Shown here one piece after another: positions 55,449 through 64,000 of a DNA stretch of 64,000 nt. The position numbers were made by a program, and so were the translations under genes. The DNA is from the human T2T-CHM13v2.0 reference genome, Homo sapiens, in NCBI RefSeq assembly GCF_009914755.1, contig NC_060933.1; one strand, 5' to 3'. The notes below the pieces were generated by a model. The model saw nothing but the letters and a program-made list of their open reading frames with translations, was not told where the DNA came from and made no database searches. How positions within the stretch are numbered: the first letter of the stretch is position 1; each line of letters begins with the position of its first letter.

Positions 55449-57048
55449 TCACTGTTCCTGGTAGATTTTTTTTTTTTTTATTGAGCCAACAAAGTCCTTG
55501 GTTTTACTTATTCCAGATGGGTTTTCTGTTGCTCACAACTTGAAGGATCTAGAATAAATGAGGAAATAAAAAGTTCTAAATCCCCAATTATTTATTTGGC
55601 CTTGATTAAAGTTACAACTAGAGATCAAACTTTTAATAGTAGGAATGGGAGAGAATAAAAATTTCTATTGGCACAATTGCTTTGAGTATACAAAGCACTA
55701 AGCTATCCAGTAACCTTTTGTCATAAGAAGGCAAGTTGGAAAGACCCTCAATGACACCAAGAATACAAATATTATTAGCAGGTTGGGGAAATTATTTCAT
55801 GATTTAAACATTGTGTATCTGATCATCATGAATGGATTTCCGCTTGCTAGAAGTTCTTCTGGTGCATCCTGATTGTTAACTAATGGTTTATGGTTCTACA
55901 ACTCCTGACTTTGAGCCTATGTACTTGCTACTTGCTTTATTCATTTGTTGTGGGAAACTGAATTTGAACTCACTTATCACCCTTAGAATAGTGAAACCAG
56001 GAACTATTATGTAACTTCATTGATCCTGTCATAATTGACTCAACTGGCATAAAAGATCAGATCCTCTTAGAGTTAGGAAAAATACTTTTGTTTTTGCATA
56101 TATTATGCAAGTAGAAACAATTATAAAATAGTGAGATTTATTTTTACCTTTTTCAATTGACTTCTTTGGTCTTGTCTTCCATTCAACTATATGAAGAATG
56201 CAAGACAGGTTATAATCATCCTAACTTTAGGGACAAGAAAAAGGTAAGGAGAGAGAGAGCAGGAATTCAGCGGCAAAACAGAGCAGATTGAATGCAGTGC
56301 TTTGGTAATTAACAAGAACTCACATCCTCGCCAGCCTGACCTGGCCTCTCCTCCTTGGCTCTCACCCAGGTGTTGCTCCCTGCATGTAATTGAAAGTAAT
56401 GAAGCTACATGTGTCTAAACTCTCAATTAATGGTTCTGTGAATTCCAAGTCAATCTGGAAGATGTTAGTGTATTTTATTATTCCTAATGGGACTCCTCTA
56501 TTAAGTAATTCAAGGTAATTTACATCTTGTATACAGTTAAGTTTCACTGCATTTCCATTGGTGGTAATAAATAACCACTGGAATATATATAATAATCATG
56601 GAAGGGCTGGTAGTATTATTCAGCATCCACACTTCACAGCATTTTTGATGTGCTTTGTTTTTCCATGCTATAAGATGTGTGTTATTGTTTGGTATTATGA
56701 TTACTAAAAGCTGTTTTCATATATCAGATTATGAAAAAGATCAGTCTATTAAACTGACCACATTAAACACAATGTGTGAATAACTTATGCTAATGTGGTA
56801 GAGTTGTATTTTAGGAATGCATTTAAGGATGCAATCTCCTAGAAGAAAAAACAATCAGTAAAAAATATGAGGGTGCTTAACCTTACTCTCAGTAAATTGT
56901 GCAGTAGTCAATAGCCCCGTAAGAAACTCATGGCCATGGCCGGGCACGGTGGCTCACACCTGTAATCCCAGCACTCTGGGAGGCTGAGGTGGACAGATCA
57001 CTTGAGTTTGAGAGCAGCCTGACCAACGTGGTGAAACCCTGTCTCTGC

Positions 57049-57051
<3 letters not shown>

Positions 57052-57100
<49 letters not shown>
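57052..57100. repeat. (CA)n at the end of an Alu left arm (56938-57050)
   Basis: Directly visible. Confidence 0.9.
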
Positions 57101-57102
<2 letters not shown>

Positions 57103-57599
57103 GAAAAAAAAGAAAAAAAAGAAACTTGTGGCCATCTAATACCAGGTAAGGATTACTCATCTCTATTTCAGTTCTAAAGATGTTCTGAATCCTGAAGCAA
57201 CGAGAGTTGGTTCTCTTACAACCATTTGGGGCATTTGTGACTTGGAAATGAGGCGGCAGTGCTCACAGGGCATGCTTTAAGAACTTACAGTGGCTGGTTA
57301 TGCTGTAAGGAAGATAAGAAGAAAACAGGGGAGCAGGCTAACTCCAGATGCCCAGTGGGAAGACGACAGGCCCTTCTCTCACATGATCATGATTCCTTGG
57401 TGTTGTGGTTTGGTGATGAGCAGTTTAAAGATACCAAAGATAACTTTAGCTTGAAGCAGTGCTTCTCAAAGTGTGGTCTCTGTTGCATGTAGTGATTCTG
57501 GTTCATTGAGATAAATTTACTATTTTTACTCTGGTTCATTAAGATAAATTTACTATTTTTACAAAAAATTTACTATTTTTACTAAATTTTACACAAAAT

Positions 57600-58072
57600 T
57601 TACTATTTTTACAATTTTAAAGTGTACAACTCAGTGACATTTACTAAATTTACAATTTTGTGCAACCATCTCCACTATCTCGTTCCAGAACATTTCATCA
57701 CCCCACAGGAAACTCCCATGCCCATTAAGCAGTTACTTTCCAACACTCCCAACCCCCACACCTGGTGACCACCAATCTGCTTTCTGTCTCTATAGATTCT
57801 GGACATTTCATATAAATGGAATCATACAACGTGTGGCCCTTTTTGTCCGTCTTTCACTTAGCACAATGTTTTCAAGTTTCATCCCTGTTGTAACAAGTAT
57901 CAATACTTCCTTTTTGACCAAATAATATTTTTTGTACCACATTTTATTTATCCATTCATCGGGTGACATGTATATTATTTGTTTCTGTCTTTTGGCTATT
58001 GTGAATAGTGCTGCTATGAATACTCATGTACAAGTTTTGGTTTGAACACTTGCTTTTAATTCTTTTGGGTAG
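57600..58072 (-). mobile_element. L1MB 3' end
   Basis: TTTTAAAGTGTACAA...CTGGACATTTCATATAAATGGAATCATACAA...GTGAATAGTGCTGCTATGAA. Confidence 0.75.
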
Positions 58073-58899
58073 AAAGCGTAGGCATTAATCTTTGCTCACT
58101 CAAAAGGAGATGACCAAATATCTTAAATTCTTCAATCATTCAACAAATATTTACTGAAAACCTACTCTATAGCTGCTTAGAACGCCAAGCACTGGGAATA
58201 CATACTGCAGTGAATAAGACAGGCATCATCCCTGTCCTCCTTGGGAATAACACAAAATTCAATAAGTGAGTAACACACAGACTTTACAGCATTTAGGATT
58301 AGGAATTCCTTTGCTATTAAGGAAAGTAAAAGCTGGTCACAGAGCACCTGGCAAGATGCTCTAACTGGATGCTTTCGGATGAAACAAGCAAACACAACTA
58401 AGCGCAATCACATCTGTCACCTTACATCATAAGCCTCAAGTAGGGAGGTTCCCAAGTGGGTCCAGTCGGCAGCTCAACCTCATCAAGGATCTAGCCTTTC
58501 TCTATCCTGCTCTGCCATCCTCATGGCCACGCTAAGGAACAGCCACCCGAGGCATCATGTCTTCTCATGGAACAAAGACCAGGGAACAGAAGGGGGGGAG
58601 ATCCCTTCTCAATCCCTTGTTAGGTGCAAGAAAAACTTTCCCAGAATACTTCTCAGATCTGTTCTGCCCGATTTGCCCCACAGCCTATTCCTAAGCCAAT
58701 TACTGGCAAGGAATTGGAATCAGGTGCAATGAATAATGTATGATTAATCAAGTTTGAGGCTGGAAGGGGCCCTCTTCCCCTGGGGAATATGATGCCTGAA
58801 CAAAATACAGGCTCTGGAAAAATGTAAGAGGGAAAGAACGGCTGTAGGATAGGCAGCCAAGCGTGTCTCCACCGCTGCCTATGCAAAGATTTCCTGGAG

Positions 58900-59610
58900 G
58901 AAGTCCAGTCCGGCGTTCTCTAAGCTCCAGGCCTCAACTGAATATCTCAAAAGAAAACAAATATCCAAACCTCAACGTGTCCCAGACTGAATTAATGATT
59001 CCCGTTAAAGTAGTGTCTTCCAGTGGTAACTAATACTATCATTCAGATGCTGGAGCCAGGAAAATAAGAGTCACCGTATCTTCTTCTCCCTCATCACCAC
59101 CTCTAGCGCATCACCAAGTCTTTGAATCCATCTACTCTCTTCGCCTCCACCGCCACCATCCTAATCCCAGTCACTATCAACTCTTCCCTGGAGCTTTGCA
59201 ACAATCATGTTTGGCTTCCCAGCATCCATTTGTATTTCCCTCCAAACTATTAGTTCACAGTGCAGGTAGGGTGGCCTTTTCAAACCCAAATCTGCTCATG
59301 CTCAAAACTTGCTTCCCACTGCTCTTAGAATAGAGACCACTTTGAGCTTGAATAGGCTGTGCACATCCCACCTCAAGACTGCTGCACTTGCTGTTCCTCC
59401 TCCAACCCCTTGTCACCCCTCTCCCTCGGCTTAACTGTCATTTCCCAATTAGGTCAGATCCCTTTGCTGCAGCCCGTAGAGAGCTCTGCGCCTGTCCTTC
59501 AGGGCACTTTTTCTCCATCTACAGACTCAGATCTGTGACAACACGGAGCTAGTATTTCCTACAACATAATGCCTGGCACACGGTAAGTGCGCAATATGTA
59601 GCTGTTGCAC
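58900..59610 (+). mobile_element. L2 fragments
   Basis: CTCAACGTGTCCCAGACTGAA...AATGCCTGGCACACGGTAAGTGCGCAATATG, typical decayed L2. Confidence 0.5.
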
Positions 59611-59979
59611 GGCTAAATGTATACATAAGCTTCAAAGCAGAGTGGCCCATAGCAAATACGGTCGCAGTCCCGGGAGAAAGCACACACAGCCGAGACCCCA
59701 CCGCTTCGTCGGCGCCGCCTGGACCAGCCAGTAGCTCCGCCCCTGGGCCCCGCCCCTCCCTGCTGAGCGAACGGGGCGGGGCCCAGAGGTCGCGTGACGT
59801 GACAGCAGCCGGTCGGTGATTGGGTCTCCAGGCGCGCCGTGTCGGAAAGGGGGCGCACCCGCGCGCGCTGACTGGCTGTCTGGCGCAGCGGGGCGGACGG
59901 CGGCGGCGCCGCGGGGGCGGGCGCCGGTAGGGGCCGGACAGGGTAGGGCCCGGAGGGCGGTGGCGGCGGAGCGGGCGGC

Positions 59980-60006
59980 ATGGGTCCTGGCCGCCGGCTT
60001 CGCTGA
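59980..60006 (+). other. Candidate uORF (MGPGRRLR*) upstream of HABP4 ATG
   Basis: gcggcATGG strong Kozak context, TGA at 60004-60006, about 50 nt before the main ATG; depends on TSS position. Confidence 0.45.
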
Positions 60007-60055
60007 GACGCGCTCGCGTGGGCTGCCCTCCCGGGCCCGCAGTGGTCGCGGCGGC

Positions 60056-60404
60056 ATGAAGGGCGCTCTGGGGAGTCCCGTGGCTGCCGCTGGCGCCGCG
60101 ATGCAGGAGAGTTTCGGCTGCGTGGTGGCCAACCGCTTCCATCAGCTGCTGGACGACGAGTCGGACCCGTTCGACATCCTGCGCGAGGCCGAGCGCCGGC
60201 GCCAGCAGCAGCTGCAGCGCAAGAGGCGCGACGAGGCGGCGGCGGCGGCCGGGGCCGGTCCCCGCGGCGGCAGGAGCCCAGCCGGGGCCTCGGGCCACAG
60301 AGCCGGCGCGGGCGGCCGGAGGGAGTCGCAGAAGGAGCGCAAGAGCCTCCCGGCGCCCGTCGCTCAGCGGCCCGATAGCCCCGGGGGCGGCCTGCAGGCG
60401 CCGG
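60056..60404 (+). CDS. HABP4: HABP4 (Ki-1/57, SERBP1 paralogue) coding exon 1
   Basis: gcggcATGa at 60056; [46 protein letters not shown]... with the SERBP1/HABP4 N-terminal motif; 349 nt, donor CCGG|GTACGC. Confidence 0.95.
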
Positions 60405-61722
60405 GTACGCGGGGACAGCGGGGTTAGCGGACCACGGCTCGGCCCGCTGTGAGACTGGGGTCCCGGGGGCCGGTTTCAGGAGGAGGGGCCCGGGAACAGT
60501 AGGGAGAGTTGAGGGTCCTGGTGGCCGCCGAAGGTAGGAGGAGAGGGGCAGGGGTCACACCCCTTCCAGCTCTCGCCAGCCTCGTGCGGGGCTCCGGGGG
60601 AAACGCTGGCTTGGGGTGGGATAGGGCCCTCGAACCCTGGCACTGAGGCTCTACGGCAAGTTGGACGAAGTTGAGGGAGGTTGTCTGGGTGGCGTGTGGG
60701 GGCGAACGGCTGAGGTCGCTACCCCGGGGCTCCCACATCCAGACCTGGCGGGGACCTTCATCTTCCAGCCCAGCCTCTGCAAGATTGAGGTCGGAGCCAC
60801 CCGAGAGCGCGGTGGGGAGGAGGAGGGCGCCTGGTCCCGGGGCTGGGGGCCTCTGTGATGCCGGAGGCCTGGGCGACCGCGGGGCGGCCTGTGACGTCGG
60901 GGCCCGGGCGGGGGTCCCCGGCGCGGTCCGGCCTGGCGCCTTCGCCCCTTCTCCGTCCGGTAGCTTCCAGGAGGCAGCCGGCATCGTATTTCAGTACTTC
61001 GTGTGGTGTTGATGGGATGTGCAACTTATAAATAGCTCAAGGCTGCTTTAAGAAAAGCGTTTTTAACCTTTCCAGCAAGAATATTCGGAGTTCCCCACTC
61101 CCTATTTAGCAAGAAAAACCGGTGCGCAGCGTGGTGTCCTGCTGCCTGTGGACGGGGAGGGTGCTTCAGAGTTCATTCTCTCACCGAACTGCGTCAGTGG
61201 CAGAGCCAGCAACACTCCACCTGTGTTTCCTGTTTTCTTGAAATGAGGCAGCGGTCCCAAGGTTTGCAGAGTGTTAGGATTAAGATGTGTAGGTTGACCA
61301 TTCCTGCCGACGTTTGCCAGTGTGTTCAACTTGGCTTTATTGGTTTGTTCCTTGCTTGATAAAAATTGTGCATCGCAGCCCTGAGGAAACGTCTCAGGTT
61401 TAAGTATTAGGGCTTTGATGTGCAGCTGGGTAATGTTTACCTTTATTTGTGAAAAGCTAAATCCAGAGTCATCACTTGAGAATCAAGTCACTACAATAAA
61501 GATGTTGAAAATGATTTTTAAAAAAATGTTATTTACTATCTCACGACACTTTGGTAGGCCAGTAAATTTCTGAGCCTATCTAAACAGTGAGACTGGAGAT
61601 ACATTGTGCATTTTATATCCTGTTTTTTATCTTTTTCTCTTAAACTTATTTACATCAATATAATAAAGGAATTGAGGAAGGCTAAGCTTTTCTTCACCCT
61701 TTATTTTTTAACAAATGAAAAT

Positions 61723-63293
<1,571 letters not shown>

Positions 63294-64000
63294 TAGGTTT
63301 TTAATGTCTGACTATCTGTCTAGCAATATGTATATAAACCCTTGGGTGAGCCTTGCTCAATAAGTTCATTCTTAAAGTCATGAGAGGCCGTTTCAGTTTT
63401 GCTTTTCCTAGCCTTTCAGAATTATGTTCTTTGAAACAAAGGTCAATTTTATTTTGTGGAAAATCTTACTGTAAATTTTATTGTATTCTGTTTCTTTACC
63501 TGGGCTTGGTTTAGATGATGATGAATGCATGTGCCAGCCTTTTCTTGGCGAGGTTAGTGAAATGCAGTGCTTGCATTCTCCACTTGGAGCTGCTGATCCA
63601 GCACAGAAAAACAAGCCCAATTCATGGCAGTGTTGATCTCTTAGTACTAAATTGTGGGGAAAAAATTGGATGCTGATTATCTTTGTTTTGGGAGAGTTGG
63701 GAAGGAGAACGAGATGTTTGCCCAAAACTGATCATTATTCTAATTATCTTTGTTTTGGGGGGTTTGGGAGGGAAAATGAAATGTTTGCTTGATATTGATA
63801 ATTATTCTAATAAGTAGCCAATTGTATTTAACAGTTTTCAGTTTTATACTGTTGGAAAAGGCTTTAATATGGTGTACAGTAAATGTCCTATTTTAAGTTT
63901 GATGAATTCCAAATTTGACGCAATTAAAAAATAACTTGGAGGAAGCAGAAAGGTGGGATAAGCACCTATAAGTAATTCTGTAGTTGAGTGGAGATAATAA

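Larger units (their letters stand above)
59650..61150. promoter_or_regulatory. CpG island / promoter of HABP4
   Basis: High CpG density; GC boxes ~59736-59781; CGTGACGTGACAG ~59793; ATTGG ~59819. Confidence 0.9.

Noticed and set aside
55798-55875. Possible C/D-box snoRNA (ATGATT...CTGA)
   Set aside because: C box does not match RTGATGA, no terminal stem, not in a host intron
59549-61024. Antisense and alternative-frame ORFs over HABP4 exon 1
   Set aside because: GC-rich stop depletion; no independent support

Overview
Primate (almost certainly human, chr9q22.32) genomic DNA, very Alu-dense, containing the 5' parts of two divergently transcribed genes whose CpG-island promoters lie about 32 kb apart. 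ZNF367 is on the minus strand: coding exons 1-4 at 27752-27333, 8034-7884, 4663-4544 and 2257-2119, with the last exon before base 1. HABP4 is on the plus strand: first coding exon 60056-60404, the rest beyond the window. ZNF367 intron 1 holds an antisense NSA2 processed pseudogene and a long, Alu-fragmented old L1. The intergenic region holds a solo MER41A LTR, MER1B, a near full-length Tigger4/Zombi transposon with recognisable transposase remnants, MaLR/MER21 LTRs and large AT microsatellites. Nearly all other listed ORFs are Alu, L1, microsatellite or GC-rich artefacts. I see no new multi-gene system. The best candidate for something undescribed is the NSA2 retrocopy, which appears to be the fossil of an alternative NSA2 mRNA: 174 codons joined to an antisense-Alu exon and polyadenylated just downstream. 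Two junctions also look like DNA-repair scars (templated insertions at ~48.3 kb, chained hairpins at ~36.3 kb), and both genes have short candidate uORFs. Gene and repeat names come from recall, not searches; repeat boundaries are approximate.
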